A DNA stretch of 59,067 bases, counting the filler, from Jimgerdemannia flammicorona (lineage: Eukaryota): the NCBI GenBank assembly GCA_003990765.1. It is 3 parts of 3 records of this genome, joined end to end, with 100 filler letters (N's around TTAATTAATTAA, not from the genome) between each part and the next. Parts side by side here need not be neighbours in the genome. Positions count along the whole stretch, not along the records: positions 39,449 to 59,067 come from RBNJ01001896.1; 2 more parts are not named here. The stretch is one strand, 5' to 3'. Shown piece after piece: positions 39,449 to 54,445 of the stretch; the first letter of the stretch is position 1, and each line of letters opens with the position of its first letter. Position numbers and translations under genes: made by a program. A model generated the notes under the pieces. It saw only the letters and a program-made list of their open reading frames with translations. It did not search any database and was not told the DNA's origin.

Positions 39449-42400
39449 CCCCATACCCTCTCTATTAAAGACCACTAGGTCATTAATTACCTCCATCTGC
39501 CCACTACTCTGTTCACAAATTTCTTCTACCAGATAGTAGTGATGCCTACCCTGGAGACTCTATCCAATCCACCACTCTGTCAGCAAATCTCCCACAAAAC
39601 TCTCCCATCTCAACAACCTCTCCTGTAAACCCAGCTGCTGTCTCTTCTCAAAAACAAAGAGCCAATGTCCAGCCAGCCCTATCTATATAGCTAAAACCCA
39701 CCCTACAGTAAGCCATTCATTATCCATACTACCCACCAATCTAGTTCTCAGATCTTTTCAGCAACCTCACTCCCCATCTGACCTCCTCTCCACACCCAGC
39801 TGGTCCCCTACTGCTATCCCAAAGTCTCCCAGAACCTCACACTCTCCTAGCCAATATTCTGGAGTCTGTACAAATCCCTCAACTTGTCTGATATTGTAGT
39901 ACTCCTCACATTCCAATAATCTACCATCCACCAGATGTCCAGTATGAAAATTCAACATAATATTCCTTCATAGTATCTGTCACTATACTACTCAGAACTT
40001 GGGAGAAAGCCACCTTCACACTTCAGTACTTTATGTCCAGACCCCTGCCCAATCTCACTCCTCACCAATCCTCACTGCTTACTAACTTCCAGGCCAGAGA
40101 TCCTAACTGAGTTCCTGCTGATACTCCATTCTATCTACAATATCAAACTCAATAAGTGGAGTGCCCCCCAAAAGCAGTCTATCTCATCTCTACATAGCTA
40201 GTCTCCACAGCATCTCCCCTTCAATGTCATGCCAGCACAAGTCTATGTGGTGTGCTCCATCTGCTACCCTCCACCAGAAGCCTTTATACCATAGCTGATA
40301 ACTTCCACCCAGGGCCACCAGAGATAGCAGATCCCCTGTGGACCCTCTCAGGGAGAATCTCATCTTCTATATCTTCTGCATCAGTGGCACCCATCCCCCT
40401 CCCCTCAGCTCCACAGTCTGCTTCAACCACCAAGCTCTCAGACAGTACAGCCTCTTAGAAAAATCCACCAATTCTAACCCCCCTCTAACTACTGACATTG
40501 AAAGGGCATCCCAACTGATCTGAGACCACCTCTAGCCCAAATCCAATCCCTAGCCAGTTTCATCAGTCTCTTCACCACCCAAGCAGAGAAGTCTAAGTGA
40601 TAGGTTATATACTGCAGCTTAGGGAACTAGTAGACATTCAGAGTCAATACTTGGCCTGCCAGAGAGATGTATCAACCTCCTCAGCCTATAAGCGCCTCTC
40701 TCCAGATGGCCACCCTCCTCTCTCACCACACTCATGGTAAGACCAATCCATACACTGAAAGGAAGATACCCAGGTATCTCACCATCTCTCCTATAGGGAC
40801 AATTGTTCCAATGATGTCCCCTCTCACTAACCCATTTCCTAACACCATTGTCTCACACTTTTGTCAGTTAAGTTTTGCTCCAGAGTGTGCCTCATACCAT
40901 TCTACCATCTCCTTAAGGGTCTCTACATCTACCACTGATCTAAGTCCTACCACCATGTCATCTGCAAAGGCCCCCACCTTCCACACCACACTATAAATAG
41001 AGAGCCCTGCTACCTTCCACTGAATCCTATCCATCAAAGATTCTAGTAAAAGGGTATATAGAATAGGAGACAGTGGATCTCTCTGAGGAACTCCTCTTCC
41101 CAAGGGAAAAGCCAGACCTCAGTGACCATTACACATCAGTGCTGCCCTACTGCCCTCTAATAGATTCAACATAAAAGCTCAAAAAAGTAGAGGAACTCCT
41201 ATTCTGTCCAGCACCTTGCCCAACCACACTTGCTGAACCCAGTCATAGGCTGTCTCCTGGTCTAAAAAGACCAGTCTCCCATCCAATCTACTAGCCCATG
41301 CTCCTTCAATAATGCCATAGACCCAGGCCATCCCATCTCTGATAAGTCTACCTCCAACAAAATCCTGCTGCTCCTCACCCAACACCTATTGAGCAACCTT
41401 CTGTAATCTTGCTACAATAACCTTAGTAACCATCTTCCTATCTATATCCCAAAGCATAATCAGACTCCAGTTCTTCCAATCCTCCCTCCTCCTCTTGTCC
41501 TTGTCCAACAGGGCCACCAGCCTTAGGTTCTGCCATCCCACCCACTGGCCATTCTGAAGAACAATATCACAAAGGGCTGCCATCTCTCCTAGTACTCCTG
41601 GGACTCTCACCATCTTCTTTCAAAAGTCCCAAGGTAGTCCATCCTCTCCTGGTGCCATTCCAAGCTTAGTTGCTGCAAGGACTCTCTATATCTCCTCCTC
41701 TTGGACTGGTAAGATCAAATTCCCCAGGCCCTCTACTTGTGGTGGCTCCCAATTCTCCAGAGTGTCTCCAAATGCCTCTGCATCAGTACTCCCTTCCTTC
41801 TCACTCCACAGACCTCTCCACCACTCCTTCAGCAACCCCAGGATTATTGTGTACTATGAACCATTTCCCCCTGAGCATCAAGGACTCCATCTCATCAATG
41901 TTGCACCCTTCTAGCCTGGAGGAGTCTTGACAAATACCTAATGGGCCTTTCTCTCTCCTCACGCCCCTGTCACCTCAGTCTAGTTACCATTCCTTTCATC
42001 CATATCTCCTCCTTCTCTCTTAACACCTGTTTCAACTCCACCACTTCCAGCTTAGCCCACACTAACCTCCAATCATCCATCTCACTAGAATTTATCAAAT
42101 CAGCCCATTCTATCTGCAATCTAACCAATCTATTAAAAGCACACCTCACTCTCTTTCTTCTCTGCCTCCCAGCATCCCAACCAGCTTCTTCTCAGTAAAT
42201 CCTCACATCCTCTTATAACTTCATCCACCAGACATCCACTGACAAACCCTCATATGCTAGCTAGTGATCTTCCCCTGAATGTCCTCTGCCCAAGGGTCCC
42301 ACAATATCTTCTCAGCCAGCAAGGAGGAGTTAAGGCACCAATGTCCAGGTCTATCTTCACTCCCCCCAAACTGCTCCTGCCCTAACAATCTCCAGTGATC

Positions 42401-45030
42401 TGACCATGGGCACTACTCCATCTCTAGAGTCCTCCAAATATCCATGCCCCAGTATTCAGCTATCAGTATCCAGTTGATCCTTGTACCTAGCTCATTCACC
42501 CAGTATGTGTAAATCCTCTTTTCTCCCCACTGCATTCTGCCCATATCCCCCAAGGAGCTAAGGTTCTCCACCTCCTCCCAAGTATCCAGGCCATCACTCC
42601 TTCTACCAGAACTCCTCCCTCCATCAGTTCTATCTAACTGAAGATCCTGCACCATATTGAAGTCACCCTCCAGAATATCTATCCCACTCTCCAAGAATGC
42701 ACCCTCCTCTAAGAGACCCTTAATCTATACAATCCACTCACCCCTAGTCTCAGGGCAGTAGCAAGAGCCAACTCTCACTAGTTCTCACCCTGGTCAATAC
42801 CATTCCCCTCATACCAAATGGTCTCCCCAGCTCCTGACTCCATTAAAATCCCCTTTACCACTCCACACCAAAACTGCCACTTTGTCCATCTAAGCTGTAG
42901 CTCCACCCCTTTCTCTAGTCCACTCCACTTGATTCACATCATCACTATACATTCTGCAGTAGAAAGAGATCAGCCTCCAATCCCTTAAGCCAAGTGAAAA
43001 TGTTCTTATACTACCTAGAACCCTGTAACCCATTCACATTCAGAGAAAAAATATTAGTTGTACTGTTCATTGAGAATAATGTTTTAGAAGTAGTGCTAAT
43101 CCTCTACAAATTCACATTTATCCCCTCCCTTGCCACATCTAAGTTATGTTCAGCATCCACTTCCTCCTCTACAGCCATCTTTGCCTTCAATCTAACCAGA
43201 AGTTCAGCCATCTCCCCATCCTTCTTCTCCTCAAACTCCTCTCAATACTCCAGGCAGGCCTTCTGTCAGAGCTATAATCTATGATACTCTGCCCAACAGT
43301 ATACCACCCACTCACCAGCAACAATCACCAGCTCAGCCTCTCTCTCCTTATCAACCTCATACCCCTCCTCCTTCAGGAAGATCACAAGAACCTCTGCTTT
43401 CAGTGCCTTCACCACTCCATCACCATGCAGAATCTATGCCTAATGCTCTTCACTCATCACCCTCAGGTCTACTTCCCCCAACTCTTCAGCCACAAAGTTG
43501 TTCATCATCTGGCTCATCCACAGTAGATTTCCTACCTCCTTCCCTCCTGGAGATACTGACCTTCCTGTACTCAGCATTGTGGTATCTGCTCCTACACTCA
43601 CATCATCCTCACTAACTGCTACCACCTGACCCCCTTTTGCTACATCCAGAACTCCAAAATGTACCCACTGGGCACTATGCATCAGCACATTCTCTGCCAC
43701 CTGGCTCCTCACAGCAGGACCTCCTGACAAGAGAGGGAGTGCTATCTAAATCCTGTTCCCAGACTTCAAACATACCATCTGCATATGGGTCCTTGTGTGG
43801 TGGCTTTTCAGCCGCATCCTGACCCTCCTCACTATCCCCTCCCCCCTTACTGGCCCAGACACTTGCTTCAGTGCCCCCAGACTCCTCAACACTACCTGCA
43901 TTCTTCTTTGCCCTTTCTTCTAGACTCACCAACAACTCTCTCTTCCTCCTGCACCTCTGAGCCCTCTCTCACTGCCTCTTGTCAGTGTGGAGATGTTTTC
44001 CATTCACAATCTCCAAATGTATTGACTCTATATATCTTTCAGGCCTTTGCCCTCCACTCAACTGCTCCACTCATCTCTTCCAGAGCCTCTAACAAATTCT
44101 CCTCACTCTCCTTCACCCTCAATACCTTATAGATAAAGGCCCCCCACATTAGTACCAAAGGTCAGTCACTCATCTTCTCAGTGGCCTCTCTCCCAGTCAG
44201 TCTAATCCTAATATCAATATCCACTATCCTAAAAGTAGTCCCCTCCCACATCTGGAATCTGATATCAACCACATTATAATACTCTGCCATTACCTCCTCA
44301 ACCCTCCTCCTAGTCTCAACCTTCATCATGGTAGGCACTCTCTTGACCAGTAGCTGAACTACCCTGGGGTCTCACCTCAGATAGCACACTATAGGGACCA
44401 CCACTACACCTACAGCCAATCTCACCTTCAATGTATGCTCCATTGGGCCTGCCTTCTCAAAGCCCACCTCAACCCCCTCCAGACCCTTCAGGAGCTTCAC
44501 TGAGGTAGCCCCAGTCATCTGTTTAGAGATAAGCCCCAGAACCATCCTTGTTGTCACTACCAAGCCCCAGAAATACAAGGTTACAGTGAACTCTGAGATT
44601 GACTTCTTGAGCAATAGTGTCACTATTAGCTCTATCACACTATCAGCCAGGTCTCCCTCCTCTTTGGTCCCATCAGCCCAGCCCCACCATCAGTAGTCAC
44701 ATATGGATTTTTTTTCAGATTCCCAGTCATGCCACCATCAGCAGTCCCCTCCCTACTCCCAGCATCTGCTCCACCAGCCCTTTCCCCTCTGGCAGAGGAG
44801 CTGAACCTCCTGCTTTTCCTTCCCTCTACTTTTCCTTCCTCCCTGTCTGCCCACTATGAGCTCTAACAGGCCATCCTTCAGTCTTCAGCATATCAGCAAA
44901 GCTCCTCCCTCTCTGCCCTCCTGCCCCTCCTCTAGTGCTGCTACCACTACCTGAACTGCTCTGCCCACTAAGACCACTGAAAGACCTTATCCCTAGTCCA
45001 ATATGTTACCAGTTGAAGGCTCCAGGTTTA
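39449..45030 (-). mobile_element. Degenerate non-LTR retrotransposon (L1/Tx1-like): ORF1 (~44900-43100) and ORF2 with APE endonuclease + RT starting at 43070
   Basis: MNSTTNIFSLNVNGL, ILEGDFNMV, TRINWILI (APE); LVFLDQETAYDWV, GVPQRDPLSPILY, AFADDMVV, YLGI (RT); many stops, almost no CpG. Confidence 0.9.
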
Positions 45031-45589
45031 CCTGACCTAGTATACATGTCAGCTTGCTTGTTAGTTGCCATAACCTTAGTATCTTTCTCCAATAAACAGT
45101 TCAAAATTTTGTTTTGAAGTTTGTATAATGTGATTGGTAGTGGAGAAAGGACATGTTAGTCAGAGTTGTCATTCAGAATAGGACTCCAATAGAGTTTACA
45201 ATTCTTAATCTTAAGAGAGATCTAGAGTTGACCTCAGTAACTATCTTTGCTTATAGTTTATTTACTTCTAGATAGAAAAGATTCTGGAAGTCTGTAGTTT
45301 ATATAAAATTGAAGTTAGAGATCATATAGAGAGTATGCTAGATGATTTGATAAATCTTCTTAATAAGTCACTATTTATACCTATCAAGATTAGTCTAGTC
45401 TGTAACTTGCTCAGCAGAGAGTTCTCTATAGTATTAGTAGATATGGTGATCAATTTCATATTTATATCACCTTGCTACTAGCTGTCTTGAAATTTAGCTT
45501 GAATATAAAATTAGATACCAACTTCTCCAATACATATAGAATCTAACTACTAACTAAGTCACTAACTAAGCCCACTTAGACAGATATGA

Positions 45590-48500
45590 TATAACAATTT
45601 CATAGTTATATTTTAGTCTTAGTACATTTTCACATCTTTTTACTAGTTCTTTCTTATCTTTTTCTAAATATTCTACTATGTTCTAGTATCTTCTAAATAC
45701 CTAGAAATCTTCTCTTGATACTAAGACATTACTAGAACATTTTTGTCTTTTTTTAGCACTATATAGTACCAAGTATATAGTTATAGAACCTTTTGAAATA
45801 TTGTAGAATTCTATTAGTTATCTTTGCCAAAAATCTATTTCTTAGTCTTTCTCTTCTTTTCTGAGATCCTTCCAGATCTTTCTTTTAGATCTTATATAAA
45901 TGTCCTTGTTCTCTGCTAGAATAAAGTTCAGAATATTTTCTTCTAGAATTTCTTTGAGAATACTTGAATCTACAAGTATCTCTTCAAACTACTTTAGGTC
46001 TGTTAGAATTACCAGACTTAACTGCTTCCTCTTAAAGAAACTAGAACTATTACACTTAGTAGCAGCAGTATCATTATATCTTATCTTATTAAGAAACCTC
46101 ATACAAATTTGGAAATCAGTCACAACTAGTCACACAAGTCCAAATGAACTATAAAGAATCAGCTTACTTCCCAGACTCCTCTGCTACAGAAGAAGCAGAT
46201 GATGTAGAACTATGAGTCAATCTGAAGAAAATAATTACCTCTATGGCCAATCAGATCCAATAACTTCAAGTATAAGTAGAATATCAGAAAACAAGAACTG
46301 TAGCTATATCATATTCTGCTATTGTACTAGTTAGCTTCAAGCTGCTCAAGCTAGATATCTTTAATGGTCACTGAGATGGACTGACCACAGATATATAGAC
46401 CTTCTAGTTAGACTGATACTTTGAACTCACAAGAATAGAAGAAGATATATAAGTCTAATTTGCAACCACTCTTCTTTAAGAAAATACTGCTATTTGATAG
46501 TATAATTATATCATGACTATCTCTATCTATTTGAACATAAGAATTCAAGATTGAACATCCTTCCAGAAGGCTCTCCACAAGTAGTTCAAGTCTGCTAATA
46601 CTACTAAGCTAGCTCAAGATAAGCTAGCAAACATCAAGCAACTTAAGTCTGTACAAAGTTACAATATATAATTCCTGTCAATTCTACTTGAACTACCAGT
46701 AATATCTGAAGACAAAAAGATAGACCACTATATCTGAGACCTGAAAAAAAACACATAAGTTAAGGTTGAGCTAGAGGAGCTACAGACCCTTGAGAATTAC
46801 TGATAGGTTTGATTTAATCACCTTTGGCAACTACTTTAAACTAGAATACTATAAGAAGAACTATTTCAAGAACTTTTACAAGAATCAACCCAAAGTAGTT
46901 AGCCTAGTACCAATAGTCCTAAATGTTATAAATAAGAAAAATATCAAGCTTACTCTAGAAGAAAAAGATTATCTGAAGAAATCTAGAGCTTATTTCTTCT
47001 ATTACCAAATAGAATATATTGCAACCAAATATCCTAAGAAGACCAGCAACCCCTTAAGACCAGTTACTGTATTGTTCAAAGACACACCTATTAACCCCAC
47101 TATCAGTCAGCCAGAACCCAAGATCAAAAATCTTCATCTGAAGATCCAGATTCCTCAATATCAATCAGAAAGAGCTATTGGCCTTAACCTATATTCTATC
47201 AAGTAAGTCACCATTCTAGCCAAAGACTGAACTCTAGTATCTATGGAAATTACAGTCCAATGTTCTGAAGAACATTATGTCAGAATTAAACCATGATCAG
47301 GGCTCAGTATCAAATAATACTTAGATGTTGATACTGACATTATTGATTCAAACTATTGAGGACAAGTTCAAGTCTTACTTGTCAATCAGAAGGATCAAGA
47401 CTATATAGTCAAGGAAGGAGACTGAGTAGTGCAAATGATCCTAGAAAAAACCAGTCAACCCATGATTATAGAAGTCCAAGAACTATCTGAAACTAAGAGA
47501 GACTAGAAATATTTTAGTAGTAATGATTAAGCAGTAAGTCTTACTGAAAACTGAGCTTAAGCCATACTCATTTTCAAAGGCCTAGTCAAAGGAAAAGAAG
47601 TTCAAGTACTCATAGACAGTAGAGCTGCAGGAAACTTCATTAATCAGAATCTTATTGAAAGCCTCAAGATTCTTAATAAACTAGAACCTAAGAATGTTAG
47701 TATAGTTACTACAGATGGTATACTAAATCCTATTGAGTCAATTGCTGCCAAACAATCCATCAAGATTCAGAAATATTGGGAATGAGTAGATTTTAAAGTC
47801 ACACTACTAGGAGATTATAATCTGATCTTAGAAAAACTCTGACTTACTAAACACAACCTGAATATTAATTGGTACAAGAATGAAGTTACTTTACTTCAAG
47901 ATGGAGTCAATATTACTATCAATAAAGACAAGCCTGTAAATGAAACCCAGATTGCAATTGTCAGCAATACAATATAAGAAAATACTCAAGAAGGCAGTAC
48001 ATGTCTTTTATTCCAGGAAATAAGACAAAAAGCTATCAATTAATAAAAGTATCAAGTTATTGCTTGAAGAATTCAAGGATGTCTTTCCAGACAAACTATC
48101 TGATCAACTCCCTATATGAGAAGTTGATTACAAAATTAAACTGACTCCAGGAGCTATATTATCTAAGAAATATATATACTATATATCACCTCTCAAGATT
48201 GAAGTAGTCAAGAAAGAACTTGAAGAGTTACTTGTATAAGGAGTCATTCAATCAAGCAAATCCTCTTATGGCTTACTAGTCTTATTTGTTAAGAAGAAAG
48301 ATAGTACTCTGTGAATATATATAGACTACTGAGTACTCAATAAGCTCACAGTTAACTAATATCTGCTACTCTTAATTGATCAAATTTTTAATACTCTTAA
48401 GAATACCAAGTACTTCGTCAAGCTGGACCTTATGTCAGATAACCACCAAATCTGAAACAAGCCAGATGATATTTCTAAGACTATATTCATAACTCTCTTT

Positions 48501-51500
48501 GGACTCTACAAATTTCTAGTCCTAGCATTTGGTCTTATCAATTCACCTACTACATTCTAGACCCTCATGAATAAGATATTCAAAGACTAACTATTTATCT
48601 TCTTATTGATATATCTTGATGACATTCTGATCTTTAGTATAACTAAAGAAGAATATATCAAGTATATCTGAGTAGTCCTGGAGATCTTGCAAAAATATAA
48701 ACTGTATATAAAGCTTAAAAAGTGTGAATTTTTCAAAGAACAAGTTAAATATCTTAGACATATTGTCTCTGTACAAGGAATTCAAGTAGATCTGCACAGA
48801 TAGAGATAATTCAAAAATGGTCTATTTTATTAAATCTCACCAAACTTTAGTCCTTTCTTGGTCTAGCTGACTACTACAATTGTTTTGTCAGAAATTTCTC
48901 TAACATTGCTGAGCCACTGACTAACCTCATGAGAAAGACTTCTAACTCTGATCACTATATACTCTACATCTGAGATCTTTTTTGTCAATAAGCCTTTCAA
49001 GAACTCAAGAACTGTCTGACCCATGCTCTAGTCCTATATAATACAGATCTAAGTCTAAAATTTACTATTACTACTGATGTGTCAAATTTTGCCATTAGAG
49101 TAGTCTTATTACAAGATAATAATAAAGAACATTACTCTATTGCCTTTGAGTCACACAAGTTGTCTTCTGCTAAACAAAAGCTAGCTATCTATGAGAAGAA
49201 GCTACTAGTAATAATATATGTACTAGATTACTGATAATGCTATCTGGAAGATATAGAGTTTAATATCATTACTGACTATCAATTACTTAAGTATATCAAC
49301 ACTCAATCTACCCTGTTATATCTATAAGTTAAGTGGAGCCTCAAGCTTCAAACTTTCAATCCAATGATCATTTACAAGTCTGACAAAATACTTGTAGTAT
49401 CAGATGCCTTATCTAGATGTCTAGACCTTACTATAATTATGTAAGTTACTGTGGTATCAGAATTTCTAGACCAAATCAGACAAGCTTACAAAAAAGACAC
49501 TATCACTATTAGAGTCTTCTCAAATGAGCTCAAGGATATATATATTATCAAGAACAAATCTGATATATTATTAAGACAAAGTCTACCTATCTGATAACAT
49601 AAACCTATACTATAAGATACTATAAGAATATCATGACTCCTCACTTGCTGGTCATCTTGGAATTGGGAAAATGTCAAGAATACTCAATACCACTACTATT
49701 GGCCAAATATGATTAAGGAAATCAAGAACTATATTGCTAGCTGTGATCTCTATCAGTACAATAATCTACCAACTAAGTATCAGCTGGTTTGCTATAACCA
49801 CTGCTAATCTTAATGAAGAAATTTAAGTAAGTTACAATGGACTTTATAACTCAACTACTATGAACTCAATCTGATACTGATGCTATTATTATATTTATTG
49901 ACTATCTGATCAAGACTATGGTTGCAAAATATACTACTATCAATACTACTATACCAGAGATTACAAGAATCTTCTTCAAGTCTATCTTTCATCACTATGG
50001 TCTACTATAAGTAATTATCAGTAACTATGATCCCAAGTTCACCACTTACTTCTGGCAAACTCTCTTCAAGACTCTGGGAACCCAATTGGCCATATTTACT
50101 GTCTTTTATCTACAAACTGATAAACAAACTGAGCACATGAACAGAACCTTAGAGCAAATACTCAGAAACTATATTTCTTATAAGTAAGATAATTGAGACT
50201 ACTATCTGACTTATATAGAATTTATATAGAACAATACTGTCCAATTATTTACTGGTCTCTTCCCCTTTTAGCTACTTCATGGTCAAGATTCTGAGACCTC
50301 AGCAAGTCTAGTCTCTTTCAAGAAAAACAGTCAAATATAAGTCCCTACTGTCAAGAACCTTATAGACAAGATGGACAAACTACTCAAGATCACTACTGTA
50401 AACCTTCAGAAAGCCCAACAATATCAAGCTAAGTATGCTGATAAGAAGTACTGTGATGCTACATATATTATTGAAGATCAAGTTCTACTATCTACTGAGA
50501 ACTTCAAGATATAATCTCAGGTCAACTGCTCTTTAAACAAATTCCAGCCCAAGTATATTGGACTTTTTGAGATTATTGAATAAGTCTCTATATTCTCCTA
50601 CTATCTCAAGCTATCTAAAACTATGAGGATATACCTAGTCTTTATGTATCACATCTTAAGACCTGGAACCAGTCACTACCCTACTCTGGTTAAATTTCCA
50701 AGCTATCTACCTCAATAATTATTAAAGACTATATTAAATATAAAGTTGAAATAATTGTTAACAAATGAATCCACTACTGCTTTCCTGAATATCTGGTCAA
50801 GTAGATGGACTACCCTGAATATATTGCTATCTGTAAACTATAGAACTCCCAAGATATAGTCTAAGGCTTCAAGATAAAATATATTATCCAATCTCTGTAA
50901 TAACTTCCTTAGATTATTGATGACCTATAGTAATAACTAATACCTTACATATTGAAAGTTTACTTTGGGACCCCAGAACTAGCAGAATATCTAGTGAATA
51001 AGAAGTCTACTGAAATAAAGCTACTAGCTAGGTTCAAACCTCTCTCAGATAGTTAGTTTAGTAATAGGCCCTTTGCTCTATATAAGGATAGCCAGTTCTC
51101 ACTAATATGCTGATATAAGTTAGAGAAATTTTGGTTAAGTATATTTAATCTTGACCTAAGTACTTAATGAGAATATTAGTTCTTAAAGAGAGAGGTATGT
51201 AATAATTTTATAGTTATATTTTGGTCTTAGTATCTTTTTATATCTTTTTACTAGTATTTACTTATCTTTTCCTGAATATTCTACTATATTCTAGTATCTT
51301 CTGAATATCTAGAAATCTTCTCTTAGTAACAAGATATCACTAGAATATTTTTGTCTTTTCTCAGTACTAAGTAGTATCAAGTATCTAGTTATAGAATCTT
51401 TTGGAATATTGTAGAATTCTATTAATCATCTTTGTTAAAATTATTTCTTGGTCTTTCTCTTCTTTTCTGAGATCCTTCCAGATTTTTCTTTCAGATCTTA

Positions 51501-51660
51501 TATAAATATTCTTGTTCTCTACTTAAATAAAGCTCAGAATATTTTTTTCTAAAATTCCTTTGAAAATACTTAAATCTACAAATATCTCTTCAAACTACTT
51601 TAGAACTACTAGAATTACCAGACTTAGCTACTTTCTCTTAAAGAAACTGAAACTATTAGA
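45590..51660 (+). mobile_element. Full-length degenerate dUTPase-containing Ty3/gypsy chromovirus, copy 2; LTRs 45590-46054 and 51198-51660
   Basis: Two ~465-bp LTRs, 5-bp TSD TATGA, PPT, gag, dUTPase, LIDSRAAGNFI, YLDDILI, RNaseH, integrase, chromodomain. Confidence 0.95.
47168..47527 (+). pseudogene. dUTPase domain relic in copy 2
   Basis: AIGLNL..P*SGLSIK..DVDTDIIDSNY*GQV..EGD*VVQ..KRD*KYFSS; complements the lesions in copy 1. Confidence 0.88.
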
Positions 51661-52879
51661 TATGAAAAAAGACTGACTAAGAAGATTTATCAAATTATAT
51701 AATATATATCTTTTGCAATTCTCAACCTCAATGATATATAACTGAAGGACTTTCAGAGCCTCTCTTTTCTTAAGATTAATATACTAGAATCAAGATTACT
51801 GAAGAAGTCTACTTCTGGATCACTCTCAAGTCCACTGACTACAAACTCTACTAGAGCTCTCTTTTGAATAATAATCCTGATCAATGGCTTCAAGAACTAT
51901 CTGAACTTTTTGAAGGATCACTCACTTGAATAGATATCTTTAGACATGACTAATAAGTTCTCTACTTAGATAGTACCAATTATATTAAATAGAAGACCCT
52001 TACTCCAATATCTACAGATATATAAAAATTATTTAAAAATCTTATTAACTTCTCTATATTTGATACTGAGTTAACAATCCTCTCTTCTACTGTTAGATGA
52101 GAAGACAATAGTAATATAGATGAGGAAAAAGATGCCCCAACTCCTCCTCTGGTCCTTAACTTCAGAATTAACATAGATATTGATTTCTAAAAGGAGAAGA
52201 ATATAATAAAATAAGTAAATAAATGAGATATGACAAGTAATCACATAATCTAGCAATGTCATAGTGATGATATCACAATTGAGTAATGTATAATAAATGA
52301 TATAAATGAGCAAATAAAGTAAATAATACAGATTAAATAATATTTAGCTTATTTCTAGCAACTAGAACTACAGCAATTTCTGCAGCAACTAATTATTATC
52401 TAATAATCTATAGTATAAAAGTCCTGATCTCAACAGTCCTGATCATAAAGATCCTGATCACAAAGGTCATCTATAGTTATCAAATTAGTTACTCATACTT
52501 AGCCAGAAATCATAAACCAACTTATATAAATACCTCTAATATTTCATCTAAACTAAAAGAGTTTTAGTTTTAGTCCTTGATATAAGAATCAAGTTTCCTC
52601 TATATATATATATTCTTTTGAGTCTTAGTAATGATACCTAAGTGACTTTAGTATTTCTGACTAAACTTCAGAAGTCTAGCTAACTTCTATCAGAACTAAG
52701 ACTGATATATAAATCTTAAAAACTTAAGGAAATCTCTTATTGAATCTGAATTCTAAGGCAGATTCAGTCTGTATATAAATAAAGAATAAGTCCCTTATAA
52801 CTATAGTTATTTAAGAAAGAATATTACTACTATAACTATTTTTAAGTAAGTACTTTCTTATACTGAAGAGTTCTTAGTA

Positions 52880-54060
52880 TACTTATGTACTAAGTCTCTA
52901 AGTAATTTCCCTACAATACTCTGATTATTTAAGGATAAGAGATAGGTTAAGAAGAGTTATTATACTTCTCTTTCTCTCAGACCTCAAGTATATCATTATC
53001 ATAGAGTTACTAACTCCTCATCTTCTTGCTCTCTACTATATTCTCCTCCTTCTCTCTCACTCTATCTTCAGCTCAATTTCTTATCTTCACTTCTTCTGAA
53101 CCCTCCTCAGCTCTAGTTATCATCCTCTCCTTCAGACCTACTAGTAGATCTCTCTGTCTCTTTCTCTTCTAAGTTTTCTCCTACATTATCTTATTTATAT
53201 AAATTTACTTATTATTTACTATCTTTAAATATATTAATGTTATATATATCTACTATACCTCTGCTTATACTTTACTGCTCTACTGAATTCCTCCAGAGTC
53301 TTTAGCAAATCCTTCTTCTCTTCTTTACTCTCTTTTATTCTCATTATCTTATAAATAAATGTATCTCACATTAGTACTGAAGGTCAGTCTCCAGCCTTCC
53401 TGGTAGCCTTCTTTTCTATAAGCTAGAGTTAAATATCTATATTTTTTATTCAGAATAAGATTCTCTTCTATATCAGAAATCCAATATCTACTATTTTTCC
53501 AAACTCTTCTATAATCTCCTCTACCCTCCTTCTTATTTTGACAGTCATTACTATGAGCACTCCTTTTACTAGAAGCTATACAACTCTTGAATCTCATCTT
53601 AGATACTAAGTTATTAGTACTACTACTTTGCTAACTGACAACTCAGTCCTCCAGGTCTCCTTTAATAGCTTTATATTCTCAAACCCCATCTCAACCTACT
53701 TCAACCTATATAGAAACTTTACTGAGACTGCTTCAGTTATCTGGTTTATAATTAGATTCAAGATTATCTTAGTCATTACTAGCTTCTAGAAGTACAAAGT
53801 GACTATAAATTCTGAGACTAACTTCTTGAGTAATAGAGCCACCACCAGGTCTGTCATACTATCTGCCAGATCCCCCACTCTGTCTGCTCAGCCTTATATT
53901 CAGTAGTCACATCTGGATTTTATTTTAGATTTATCCTAACTCTGCTATCAATAGTTATATATATTCTAACTCCTAGCAACAGCCCTCCCAGTCCCTATAT
54001 CCACCTTACCAGACATTGACCTCCAGCCCTCCCAGTACTCACCTTATCCTTCTCCCCAGG
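52880..54060 (-). mobile_element. More degenerate LINE ORF1 fragment related to 43900-44750
   Basis: Shared blocks, e.g. acttcttgag.aatag..cagtagtcacat.tggatttt..ttagatt. Confidence 0.7.
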
Positions 54061-54334
54061 CTTGTCACCTCAAGCACTCTCAGGGATTTATATACTAGTT
54101 CTCAGTAGAGTAAAAGTTAATTAAACTTCTAGAGTATAGTCAGAAATACTAGAGTAACTTAGGTGTCATTACTAAGAACTCAGAGGGAATATGTGTGGAG
54201 GGGGACTTCTTGTATTTAGTACTGAACTAAGAGCTGATTTATTTCAAATATATACATAATGGTTTGCCGATTTTGGCTAAGTATGTATGACTAAATGTAA
54301 ATATGACTGCTCTGTTTGTTCTGCAAGCAAACAT

Positions 54335-54445
54335 GCTGTTTGTATTCAGGACAGCTGTTTGTATTCAGGACAACTGTTTATACTCAGGACAAACCCTTTA
54401 GGTAATATGTTGGTTAAGTAATATGTTGGTTAAGTAATATGTTTG
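54335..54445. repeat. Short tandem repeats at the TE/gene-island boundary
   Basis: ctgtttgtattcaggaca x3 and gtaatatgttggttaa x~3. Confidence 0.8.

Larger units (their letters stand above)
45129..52800 (+). mobile_element. Family 4 long LTR (about 45129-45589 + 51661-52800) split by the dUTPase-gypsy insertion
   Basis: TGTGAT start; LTR-protein motifs CLEI*LEYKIR (~45485-45520), KIYQII*YISFAILNL and NPDQWLQELSELFEG (51685-51920); TATAAATA at ~52526; right boundary approximate. Confidence 0.65.

Noticed and set aside
40252..45117. Plus-strand Pro/Ser/Leu-rich ORFs
   Set aside because: Antisense to the G-rich LINE coding strand
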